Below, piece by piece: positions 9,546 through 18,393 of a DNA stretch of 64,000 nt (positions within the stretch are counted from its first letter, which is position 1; each line of letters starts with the position of its first letter). Made by a program: the position numbers and the translations under genes. The notes below the pieces were generated by a model. It saw only the letters and a list, made by a program, of their open reading frames with translations, ran no database searches and was not told the DNA's origin. Location of the stretch: positions 1,344 through 65,343 of the forward strand of contig JAFYYJ010000122.1 in assembly GCA_017557605.1 (NCBI GenBank), in the 5' to 3' direction. The stretch is from Salinivirgaceae bacterium. GTDB taxonomy: Bacteria > Bacteroidota > Bacteroidia > Bacteroidales > SZUA-534.

Positions 9546-10412
9546 TTATTTCACAAACTTGATTGTCTTGTTACCAACTTTAGCGATGTACAGACCAGCT
9601 TTCAGGTCAGATACGCTGAGTGAAGTAACATTCTTAGCAGCCTTAACAGCTACACCGCTGATGTTGTAAACAACAACGTCGGCAGCCTCAGAAGCGTAAA
9701 GAACGTCACCAGCTACGAAAGCATTAACAGCAGCAACTTCGTCAACAGCAGTCTCACCAGCAATAGTGTAGTACTCGAGAGTTGTCTTCTTACCCATCTT
9801 GATAACGATGTTGCGGAAGTAGAATGCACCAAGGTTTGTACCTGCATTGTTATCCAAGTTGATTTGGATACATACAGCCTGAGTACCACCAATTTCACCA
9901 AGGGTTATACCCTCACCCCAAGAAACTTTTGTCCATTCGTTCTTGGCGATTTTCCTTGCTACGTTGTGAACTGACCAAAAACCACCATCAGCAACAAGCT
10001 CGGTGTTAGCGTCAGCATTCCACTGCCAATCTTCGTGACCAGTATCACCAATCTTACCAGTCAAAAGATGGATTTCTGCGGTATCAGATGCACAAGCTGA
10101 AGACCAGAAAATCTCGCAGTCAAAAGTAAAAGTAGCACCTACTTCTTGGCCTTTGTTACCACGAAGAATGTTGCAGAACTCAACATCCCAATCGTTACCA
10201 GCTTTTGGAACGACTACTTTAGCAACTTTGCCACCAAGAGCAGTACCAGAAATTTGGTCAACTTCTTCCAAATCTGAAGAAGCACCACCATCTGTCCACC
10301 ACTCATTGTAACCATAATTACCTTTTGCTTTGTCAGGCCATACGAAGTCCTGAGCATTTGCTGTGAATGCGAACATGCAAGCAACAGCAGATAATAGATA
10401 AATCTTTTTCAT
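9546..10412 (-). CDS. T9SS type-A C-terminal-domain cargo protein with a Trp-rich, CBM4-like beta-sandwich
   Basis: Signal peptide (ANA|Q); C-terminus VVVYNISG..V...LSVSDLKAGLYIAKVGNKTIKFVK; WDVEF and Trp-rich core; no catalytic domain recognised. Confidence 0.75.
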   Translation of the reverse strand: MKKIYLLSAVACMFAFTANAQDFVWPDKAKGNYGYNEWWTDGGASSDLEEVDQISGTALGGKVAKVVVPKAGNDWDVEFCNILRGNKGQEVGATFTFDCEIFWSSACASDTAEIHLLTGKIGDTGHEDWQWNADANTELVADGGFWSVHNVARKIAKNEWTKVSWGEGITLGEIGGTQAVCIQINLDNNAGTNLGAFYFRNIVIKMGKKTTLEYYTIAGETAVDEVAAVNAFVAGDVLYASEAADVVVYNISGVAVKAAKNVTSLSVSDLKAGLYIAKVGNKTIKFVK

Positions 10413-10469
10413 TTTGCTTTTTTGTTTTAGTTAAACATAAAATTCTGATTCTTGCTGAATCTTTTGTGC

Positions 10470-10500
10470 CAAAAATAGATTGCGCTTGTCAGTTGGCAAG
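10470..10500 (-). promoter_or_regulatory. Bacteroidota promoter (-7/-33) of the T9SS cargo gene
   Basis: Minus strand TATTTTTG at 10470-10477, with CTTG 19 nt upstream (10497-10500). Confidence 0.65.
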
Positions 10501-10507
10501 TCTGCCA

Positions 10508-10582
10508 TGTTACACATACTATTACTTGTGTTAAATTATCTATCAACCTTGTTACAATTCGTTTCTCATACGTTACATTTTT
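10508..10582. promoter_or_regulatory. phased direct-repeat operator array, period 21 bp
   Basis: GTTACA at 10509, GTTAAA at 10530, GTTACA at 10551, GTTACA at 10572. Confidence 0.65.
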
Positions 10583-10818
10583 ATCACAACATGTTTATAA
10601 CCAATGTGTTATTATGATAAAGAAAAATTACGGGGTAAACGTAAAAAATGTAGCATCAAGCACAAAAATGTCGCAAATGGTGACGAATTTTGATAAAAAA
10701 AGTGCTTCATAACTGAAATATGAAATTTGACTTCACGGGAAGCACGGCACTACCATTACGTCGCGTGCGCCTTGATAACATTAAATGCAAAAAATGGCTT
10801 ATTTGGCGAGAAGTGCAA

Positions 10819-11607
10819 CTACTCCTCGGAGGGGTCAATATCATCGAATATGGAGTCGAAACCTTCGCTGCCACTGCCGCTGCTTTCGTGCTGACGGTTC
10901 TTCACTATCTCCTCCATATCATCGAACGATAACATGCGGACATTTGTCACTAAAAAATCCTCCTCAAGGAAGTTTCCATATTGGTTGCACTCCTCAACAG
11001 CTCGCAAAAGCACATCGTGGAAAGGCACATCAAGCGGAATTAGCATTGTCAATGCGGCATAACGGCCTTGAAACTCAACTTTTTCGAGCTCAGAGCGATT
11101 TGTGCGCAGTGCCGTTTCGAATTCCGATTGTATAATATGCTGCTGATAGGGTTCAAACTCCTCAACGCCGTGGCCGACAAGCCCGACAAAATAGCGCAGA
11201 AGATTGCCGCGCCCTCCCAATCCGGTAGAAACAAAAATCTGTCGCTCGTTCAACAAACTGCCTTCAATCAGCATTTTGCTCTCCTGTTGCGCCATAACCG
11301 CCCATTTGTGCAGTCGGTTTTCCGATTTCTGGGCAAACTCCTCAAGAATGCGATAGGCACGCGGGTCATCGATGTCGCTAAGCAGAATCAGACGCTCCTC
11401 AATCTGCTCATTGGTAAGCGAGGGGTCGTACAAGTCGGCAATCTGCTCAAGCTCAGGCTTATTGTCCTTATGAACCTCCTTTACCTTCTTCGAGCGCAGA
11501 AAATAAGCCGTCTGCAACTTCATGTCGATAGGCTCATCGATAGTACTGAAGTTGTTGGAAATCAGCTTGGCAACGCTTTGTAATTTATCGTAAAGACTCT
11601 CGTTCAT
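10819..11607 (-). CDS. hypothetical cytoplasmic protein
   Basis: 262-aa ORF with normal codon use; IFVSTGLGG motif; acidic C-terminal tail. Confidence 0.7.
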   Translation of the reverse strand: MNESLYDKLQSVAKLISNNFSTIDEPIDMKLQTAYFLRSKKVKEVHKDNKPELEQIADLYDPSLTNEQIEERLILLSDIDDPRAYRILEEFAQKSENRLHKWAVMAQQESKMLIEGSLLNERQIFVSTGLGGRGNLLRYFVGLVGHGVEEFEPYQQHIIQSEFETALRTNRSELEKVEFQGRYAALTMLIPLDVPFHDVLLRAVEECNQYGNFLEEDFLVTNVRMLSFDDMEEIVKNRQHESSGSGSEGFDSIFDDIDPSEE

Positions 11608-11686
11608 CGCCTGTTTTTTTCATCTGCAAATTTGGCAAAAGAATATTTTCGCCAACATCATTATATATTTTTTTCGCCTTGCCGCC

Positions 11687-12736
11687 CTATTTTTCTTTAA
11701 CTAACAGAATATAAACCGGATAGTGGTCGCTGTAACCACCGATAAAACTGCCGTAAGAGAAGGTGCGGAACGGATAGCCGCGATATTGTCCCTTGGTGTT
11801 GGTCAGAAAATTGGCATTATAGATTTTAGCGGATTTTATTGTAAAAGAGCTACTTCCGTCTTTTACAAGTGCCGGTGAAACCATTATCTGGTCGAAATTG
11901 TTCCATGCATCGCGATAGGCAAGCGAGCCATCGCCCTTCTTATACATATTATAATATGGGTTGTACATCGATTTTGAATCGACATCAGTGCGCTCGCTCT
12001 TGGCGTTTACACGCTCCAGAAGGCTCACATCGTTTGGGTCGTCGTTCAAGTCGCCCATCATAATTATTTTTGCGTTGGAATCCAAGGCCAGCAGCGAGTC
12101 GATAATGTGGCGGCTGAGGTCGGCGGCGGCGTTGCGCAACGGACGACTGCGGGCCTCTCCTCCACGCCTCGACGGCCAGTGGCAGACAATTATGTGCAGA
12201 GTTTCGCCATAAATAGTGCCTGTAACCACAAGTTGGTCGCGGGTACGGAACGATGTGTCGCTGCTGTAATCGAGCCTGTGGACAGCCGAACTGGTAACGG
12301 TGAAATACGACGGATTATAGATGAGCCCGACGTCAACTCCGCGACGGTCGGGCGAGTCGTAATGCACAATCTGATAATTGTATTTTTTCAGATTATCGTT
12401 TTTGACAACATCCTCAACAACAACGCGGTTCTCAATCTCCGAAATACCAAGAATCATCGGCGGCAGAGGCATCAGGTTGTCGCCAATGCGGCTTATGGCA
12501 TACGCCATGTTGTCAACTTTTTTCAAATATCGCTCCGAGGTCCAATGGTTCTTTCCTCCGGGCAGAAACTCCTCATCGTTGGTGTTGGGGTCGTTAATGG
12601 TATCAAACAGATTCTCAAGATTATAAAAACCGACACTTACCGTCAGCAGTTTCTTGTCGGACTGAGCAACCGACATCTGCGACATCAGAAAAACGGAAAC
12701 CAAAGTTAATAGTATGCGCCTCATCAGTTCAAACAT
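11687..12736 (-). CDS. secreted endonuclease/exonuclease/phosphatase family protein
   Basis: FYNLENLFD, SPDRRGVDV, HWPSR, MGDLND, FDQI, YSDHYPV; signal peptide from MFELM/MRRILL. Confidence 0.9.
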   Translation of the reverse strand: MFELMRRILLTLVSVFLMSQMSVAQSDKKLLTVSVGFYNLENLFDTINDPNTNDEEFLPGGKNHWTSERYLKKVDNMAYAISRIGDNLMPLPPMILGISEIENRVVVEDVVKNDNLKKYNYQIVHYDSPDRRGVDVGLIYNPSYFTVTSSAVHRLDYSSDTSFRTRDQLVVTGTIYGETLHIIVCHWPSRRGGEARSRPLRNAAADLSRHIIDSLLALDSNAKIIMMGDLNDDPNDVSLLERVNAKSERTDVDSKSMYNPYYNMYKKGDGSLAYRDAWNNFDQIMVSPALVKDGSSSFTIKSAKIYNANFLTNTKGQYRGYPFRTFSYGSFIGGYSDHYPVYILLVKEK

Positions 12737-12803
12737 TATTATTTCCAAAAATAAATAAAATGCTGAATTTATACATCGGGGCTTGCGCATCGGGCAAAAA
12801 TGG

Positions 12804-12811
12804 TACATTTG
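12804..12811 (+). promoter_or_regulatory. -7 promoter element for the HD gene
   Basis: TACATTTG 17 nt before ATG 12829. Confidence 0.55.
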
Positions 12812-12828
12812 GTGAAAATTATATTGAT

Positions 12829-14961
12829 ATGGCATCGTCAGTAGAATCGGTTGCGCGGCACAACAAGTGGATTGCCGCAATCATCTTTGTTGTGGCAGTG
12901 GCCATAATAGTGCTATTTTTGCCCAAACAGCGCCAATTCAGATACGAGTTACAGAAAGGCAAAGCATGGCAGCATGAGGATTTGTACGCTCCGTTCGACT
13001 TTGTGGTGCTGAAAACCGACGCCGAGATTAAGGAGGAGCGCGAAAACAACTACAAAAACGCCAAACCATATTTCAATGTTCTGTCGGAAGTCTATCCCGA
13101 GCAGAAAATACGCTTTGAGCAAGAGTTCGACCACAGATTTGCCGTCGCGTTAGAGGCAATGCTGGTCAAATATCCGCAGGCCGACATCAAACCGGACACT
13201 CTGAAAACGCACATCTACAATTTTGCGGCTAACTGCCTGAGTTTCATGTATAGCAAAGGCATAACTAGTTACAGCGACATTATCGAAAAAAGCGACAACC
13301 AAGCATTGGTGGTGCTGGTCGAAGACAAGGTTTCGAGGGTTGTGCCGGCAACTGAGATTTTTACCGTTCGCTCGGCGCAAGAGTTTGTTAGCCGGCAGAT
13401 TAACATGACATTCCAAAGCAGCCTGACATCGCTTGCAACAGCCGACGGCTTCAACATGTACGATTTCATAAAACCGAACATTGAATACGACAAGACAACC
13501 ACCGCCAAAGCCCGCGAGCAGCTAGGACAACAGCTTTCGACATCGCACGGAATGGTGCGTGCCGGGCAGCTGATTATAGCCCGCAACGAGCTTATGAACG
13601 ACAGCAACCTGCGCATTCTGGAGTCGCTGCGACGCGAGTACCAGAACTACGGAGTGGCAACATCCACCATATCGTGGATTACTGTGGGGCAGTCTCTCAT
13701 TATAATTATCTTGCTGACGCTGTTGTATTTATACATCTATTTCTACAATATCGAAATATTCGGGCAAGTACGTCGGCTTATTCTGCTCATCGGGATGATT
13801 GTCACCATTATTATAATGATGTGTGTTCTGGTGCGCCTGCAAATTGGCAACACACTTGTTCTGCCGATTGTCATCCTGCCAATCATCATAAAGACCTTCT
13901 ACAACGGACGACTCGCCTTTTTTGCTCACATTATCACCATTCTGATTTGCGGGCTGATGTCAGCGAATGGGTTCCAATTCATTTTCCTTCAAGCAATTGC
14001 GGGAACGGTGGCCGTATTCACACTGATGCGTATAACCAAGTTGCGCCAGCTAATGGGGGCTGTGCTTCTTGTGGCGTTGGCGTACATTCTTGCCTACACA
14101 GCATTGTCGCTGCTGCAGGAAGGACAACTGTCGACGATAAGCCTGCGTCCGTATATGTGGCTGATTATAAACGGGTTGTTCCTGTTCCTATGCTATCCGC
14201 TCATCTTCTTGATTGAGAAGATTTTCGGTTTTGTATCAGATGTGACGCTGCTCGAACTGGCCGACACCAACAATCCGCTTCTGCGCGAGCTGGCCGAGAA
14301 AGCCCCATGCACGTTCCAGCATGTTATGCAGGTTGCCAATCTGGCCGAGGACGCAAGCCGCAACATTGGCGGCAATCCGCTGCTGACACGTGTAGGCGCG
14401 CTCTACCATGACATCGGCAAAACTATCGCTCCACAGTATTTTACTGAAAATCAGGTTGGCATTAATCCGCATGACCAGCTTCAGCCCGAACAAAGCGCCG
14501 AGATTATTATCAGTCACGTAACCAACGGTGTGACGCTTGCCAAAGAGCACAAACTGCCGCCAAGAGTTGTCGATTTCATTGAAACGCACCACGGCACCGA
14601 TTTGGTAAGATATTTCTACAACAAAGCCGTCGAGCAAAATGGACAGGAAAACACCGACATCGCCAAATTCCGCTATCCTGGCCCACTACCGTCGACAAAA
14701 GAGACGGCTATACTGATGCTGGCCGACTCAATTGAAGCGGCGTCAAGGACACTGAAGGATTACTCTTCGAAAACAATCGATGAGCTTGTAGAGCGTATAT
14801 TCAACGATAAAATTGAAAACGGGCAGATGAACCACGCGAAAATCACCTTCAACGACATCAACACCATAAAAGAGACATTTAAGCAGAAACTGCAAAACAT
14901 ATACCACACACGCGTCGCTTATCCCGACCAAAAAAAGAAAACGAAAAAAGGCGGACTCTAA
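12829..14961 (+). CDS. 7TM-HD (HDIG) membrane phosphohydrolase, PgpH-like
   Basis: N-terminal TM, large extracytoplasmic domain, about 7 TMs, then AP.TFQH..VA, YHDIGK, YFTENQ, HHGT, LADSIEAASR. Confidence 0.9.
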   Translation: MASSVESVARHNKWIAAIIFVVAVAIIVLFLPKQRQFRYELQKGKAWQHEDLYAPFDFVVLKTDAEIKEERENNYKNAKPYFNVLSEVYPEQKIRFEQEFDHRFAVALEAMLVKYPQADIKPDTLKTHIYNFAANCLSFMYSKGITSYSDIIEKSDNQALVVLVEDKVSRVVPATEIFTVRSAQEFVSRQINMTFQSSLTSLATADGFNMYDFIKPNIEYDKTTTAKAREQLGQQLSTSHGMVRAGQLIIARNELMNDSNLRILESLRREYQNYGVATSTISWITVGQSLIIIILLTLLYLYIYFYNIEIFGQVRRLILLIGMIVTIIIMMCVLVRLQIGNTLVLPIVILPIIIKTFYNGRLAFFAHIITILICGLMSANGFQFIFLQAIAGTVAVFTLMRITKLRQLMGAVLLVALAYILAYTALSLLQEGQLSTISLRPYMWLIINGLFLFLCYPLIFLIEKIFGFVSDVTLLELADTNNPLLRELAEKAPCTFQHVMQVANLAEDASRNIGGNPLLTRVGALYHDIGKTIAPQYFTENQVGINPHDQLQPEQSAEIIISHVTNGVTLAKEHKLPPRVVDFIETHHGTDLVRYFYNKAVEQNGQENTDIAKFRYPGPLPSTKETAILMLADSIEAASRTLKDYSSKTIDELVERIFNDKIENGQMNHAKITFNDINTIKETFKQKLQNIYHTRVAYPDQKKKTKKGGL

Positions 14962-14974
14962 AATCCGCCTTTTT
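14944..14974. terminator. bidirectional terminator between HD gene and recQ
   Basis: aaaaaaGGCGGA-ctctaaaa-TCCGCCttttt, overlapping the HD stop codon. Confidence 0.8.
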
Positions 14975-14991
14975 CAGTTATAACAAAATCA

Positions 14992-17160
14992 TCAGAACGC
15001 CTCGTCGCAGATGAACTTTATGCGCACCAGACGTATTTCTTCCTCGGTGTAATCGTCCTCGCCAAGCTCCTTTACCGCCTCTTCAAGCGAATCGGTCTCT
15101 GCCTCACGGAAGTATTCGTAAATATCGTCACGGGCATCCTCGTCAATATTCTCATCAATGTAATAATCGATATTGAGCTTGGTGCCGGAATTCACAATCT
15201 TCTCCATTTCGGTCAGTAACTCATCCATTTCCAAGCCTTTGCCGTCGGCAATGACATCAAGTCCAAGCTTGCGGTCGATGCTTTGGACAATGTAAAGTTT
15301 CATTCCCGAATTGTTGCCCATGGTTTTGACAACGAGGTCGACCGGACGCTCTATCTCGTTCTCTTTCACATATTTTGTTATGAGTTCGCAGAACGGTTTG
15401 CCAAATTTCATAGCCTTAGCCTGCCCCACACCCGGAATGTTGCCCAACTCCTGCAAGTTCATCGGATAATGAATGGTCATGTCCTGCAGTGCCGGGTCCT
15501 GGAAAATGATGTACGGCGGCAGTCCGCGTTTTTTGGCAATGTCTTTCCGCAAATCACACAACATCGAATAGAGTGTCTCATCAGCAGCCACCATTGCACC
15601 GCCGCCCTCCGACGGTTCGTTGTCGGCCTCCTCAAAATCACGTTCTTTGGCAATCATGAACGAGTGCGGATTCTTGATGAACTCATAGCCGGCCTCAGTT
15701 ACCGTAAGCGAGCCATAGTTCTCAATATTCTTGCCAAGCAGATTGGCAACAACAGCCTGACGGATAATGGTCTGCCAATATTTATCGTCATGGTCCTTGC
15801 CACTTCCAAATTCAGGTATCTCGTTGTATTTGTATGCTTTAATAGTACTGTCGGCAACACCGCAGAGCACGCTGGCCACAAGGTCGGGTTTGAAGAACTC
15901 CTTAACGGCGATGACAGTTTTCAGTACTTTCACAATACTGTCCTTACCCTCAAATGTCTCGCGCGGATGCAGGCAGTTGTCGCACGCGCCGCAGTTTGTC
16001 TCAGTATATTCCTCACCGAAATAATGCAGCAACTGACGACGACGGCAAACAGCCGACTCGGCATAGGCGACAGTCTCGAGCAACAGATGCCGGCCAATCT
16101 CCTGTTCTGCCACTGGCTTGCCCTGCATAAATTTCTCAAGCATCTGTATATCCTTATATGAATAGAAGGCGATGCAGTGACCCTCGCCTCCGTCGCGGCC
16201 TGCGCGACCCGTCTCCTGATAGTAACCCTCAAGACTTTTTGGCATATCGTGGTGAATGACAAACCGGACATCAGGCTTGTCGATACCCATACCGAAAGCA
16301 ATGGTAGCCACAATCACGTCAACCTCCTCCATAAGGAACTTGTCCTGATTGGCCGAACGCACCGACGATTCAAGGCCCGCATGATACGGTGCGGCTTTTA
16401 TGCCATTAACAACAAGAGTTTCAGCAAGTTCCTCAACTTTCTTGCGGCTTAGGCAATAAATGATTCCCGATTTCCCGGAATTATTCTTTATATACTTGAT
16501 TATCTCGCGGGTAACATCGCGCTTCGGCCTTACCTCATAAATAAGATTGGGTCGGTTGAACGACGACTTGAACACATCGGCGTTCACCATGCCCAGCGTT
16601 TTTTGTATATCGCTCTGCACCTTGGGCGTAGCAGTAGCGGTAAGAGCAATTATAGGTGCTCGGCCAATCTCATCAACACGGCTGCGGATACTGCGGTACT
16701 CAGGGCGGAAATCGTGTCCCCACTCCGAAATACAGTGCGCCTCGTCAATGGCATAAAACGAAATCTTGATTTGTTTTAAGAATTGTATGTTTTCGTCTTT
16801 GGCAAGCGACTCCGGCGCCACATACAACAATTTGGTCTTATGCGCCAGCACATCTTCCTTCACATTCTGTATCTCAGTTTTCGACAACGACGAGTTCAGA
16901 AAATGCGCCACACCCTCCTCCTCACTAAACCCGCGGATAGCGTCCACCTGGTTTTTCATAAGCGCAATGAGCGGCGATATCACAATGGCTGTGCCGTCTT
17001 GCAACATGGCCGGAAGCTGGTAGCAGAGCGATTTTCCACCGCCTGTAGGCATGAGCACAAACGTATCGCGGCCCTCAAGAATATTCTTGATTATAGCTTC
17101 CTGATTGCCCTTGAATGTGTCAAAACCGAAATACTGTTTTAAATAATCTTTCAGCTCCAT
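14992..17160 (-). CDS. recQ: DNA helicase RecQ
   Basis: MPTGGGKS, DEAHCISEWGHDFRP, QETGRAGRDG, Zn-binding Cys (CRR..CGACDNC), RQC and HRDC domains. Confidence 0.97.
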   Translation of the reverse strand: MELKDYLKQYFGFDTFKGNQEAIIKNILEGRDTFVLMPTGGGKSLCYQLPAMLQDGTAIVISPLIALMKNQVDAIRGFSEEEGVAHFLNSSLSKTEIQNVKEDVLAHKTKLLYVAPESLAKDENIQFLKQIKISFYAIDEAHCISEWGHDFRPEYRSIRSRVDEIGRAPIIALTATATPKVQSDIQKTLGMVNADVFKSSFNRPNLIYEVRPKRDVTREIIKYIKNNSGKSGIIYCLSRKKVEELAETLVVNGIKAAPYHAGLESSVRSANQDKFLMEEVDVIVATIAFGMGIDKPDVRFVIHHDMPKSLEGYYQETGRAGRDGGEGHCIAFYSYKDIQMLEKFMQGKPVAEQEIGRHLLLETVAYAESAVCRRRQLLHYFGEEYTETNCGACDNCLHPRETFEGKDSIVKVLKTVIAVKEFFKPDLVASVLCGVADSTIKAYKYNEIPEFGSGKDHDDKYWQTIIRQAVVANLLGKNIENYGSLTVTEAGYEFIKNPHSFMIAKERDFEEADNEPSEGGGAMVAADETLYSMLCDLRKDIAKKRGLPPYIIFQDPALQDMTIHYPMNLQELGNIPGVGQAKAMKFGKPFCELITKYVKENEIERPVDLVVKTMGNNSGMKLYIVQSIDRKLGLDVIADGKGLEMDELLTEMEKIVNSGTKLNIDYYIDENIDEDARDDIYEYFREAETDSLEEAVKELGEDDYTEEEIRLVRIKFICDEAF

Positions 17161-17286
17161 TTGAAATCAATTATAACAGGATAATAAATTTATAAAAAAA
17201 TTTATCACACGTTTGTATTTTTGTCCATATTTATTTCATGATTTTTTCCGATGTGGATAGCATTATCCACCTCATATTCGAATAAG

Positions 17287-18255
17287 ATGAAAAGTAAAGA
17301 AGAAATAATCAGAATTGCAGCTAACGTTATTGAGCAGGAAACCAATACGATAAGCTATTTAAAAAATCTTATCGACAACGAGTTTGCAAAGGCTGTAGAG
17401 CTGATTTTCAACAGCAAAGGCCGGCTTGTAGTAACCGGCATAGGCAAAAGCGCCATTATTGCGCAGAAGATTGTGGCCACCATGAACTCGACCGGCACCC
17501 CCGCCCTGTTCATGCACGCCGCCGACGCCATTCACGGTGATTTGGGCATGATTCAGGACAACGATGTCGTGATGCTTCTGTCGCGGAGCGGCAGCACTCC
17601 CGAAATTAAAGTGCTGGTGCCTATTCTCAAGATTCGCCGCAACAAGATGATAGCCATGGTGAGCGACACACAGTCGTATCTGGCGCAACAAGCCGATATT
17701 GTGATAAACGCCTTCGCCGCTCATGAGGCCTGCCCCAACAACCTTGCACCTACATCAAGCACCACAGCGCAGCTTGTCATGGGTGACGCACTGGCTGTGG
17801 CCCTGCTTGAATGCCGTGGTTTTACTCCAGCCGATTTTGCCAAATATCATCCGGGCGGAGCACTCGGCAAGAAACTGTATATGCGTGTCAGCGATTTGTA
17901 TGTCAACAACGAAAAGCCTCAGGTTCAGGCAACCGACAATATCAAACGAGTGATTATGGAGATGACCTCGAAGCGTTTGGGAGCCACCGTCGTGCTCGAC
18001 AGCAACAGCAATCTGCTCGGTATCATCACCGACGGCGACCTGCGACGCATGCTTGTCTCGGAGCGAAACATAAACAATCTGACAGCCCAAGACATCATGT
18101 CAAAGAAACCGAAAACCATTGACGAGAACGAAATGGCTGTGAACGCTTTTCATCTAATGGAGCAGAATCACATTACGCAACTTGTTGTCTTGCAAGAGGG
18201 AAAGTATGCTGGCATAATTCACATTCACGACATTCTGCAAGAGGGGATTGTTTAA
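17287..18255 (+). CDS. kdsD: arabinose-5-phosphate isomerase (KpsF/GutQ family, SIS + CBS)
   Basis: GIGKS, HGDLG, EACP.NLAPTSS, HPGGALG, GIITDGDLRR. Confidence 0.92.
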   Translation: MKSKEEIIRIAANVIEQETNTISYLKNLIDNEFAKAVELIFNSKGRLVVTGIGKSAIIAQKIVATMNSTGTPALFMHAADAIHGDLGMIQDNDVVMLLSRSGSTPEIKVLVPILKIRRNKMIAMVSDTQSYLAQQADIVINAFAAHEACPNNLAPTSSTTAQLVMGDALAVALLECRGFTPADFAKYHPGGALGKKLYMRVSDLYVNNEKPQVQATDNIKRVIMEMTSKRLGATVVLDSNSNLLGIITDGDLRRMLVSERNINNLTAQDIMSKKPKTIDENEMAVNAFHLMEQNHITQLVVLQEGKYAGIIHIHDILQEGIV

Positions 18256-18352
18256 TAGGCATAAGGTTTAAGACAAACGTAAGTGAATTGCGAAAGCATT
18301 TCGTCTTTAAAAATTAAGCCAAAATACCACTATAATAATCCATTGTAAAGAA

Positions 18353-18360
18353 TACTTTTG
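18353..18360 (+). promoter_or_regulatory. -7 promoter element
   Basis: TACTTTTG upstream of ATG 18394. Confidence 0.55.
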
Positions 18361-18393
18361 CGTCAATTTAGAAACATCTAAAACTTTATATAA

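Noticed and set aside
10571-10655. Invertible promoter bounded by inverted repeats
   Set aside because: The repeats are imperfect and short, the -7 element lies outside them, and no recombinase is nearby; transcription-factor sites fit better
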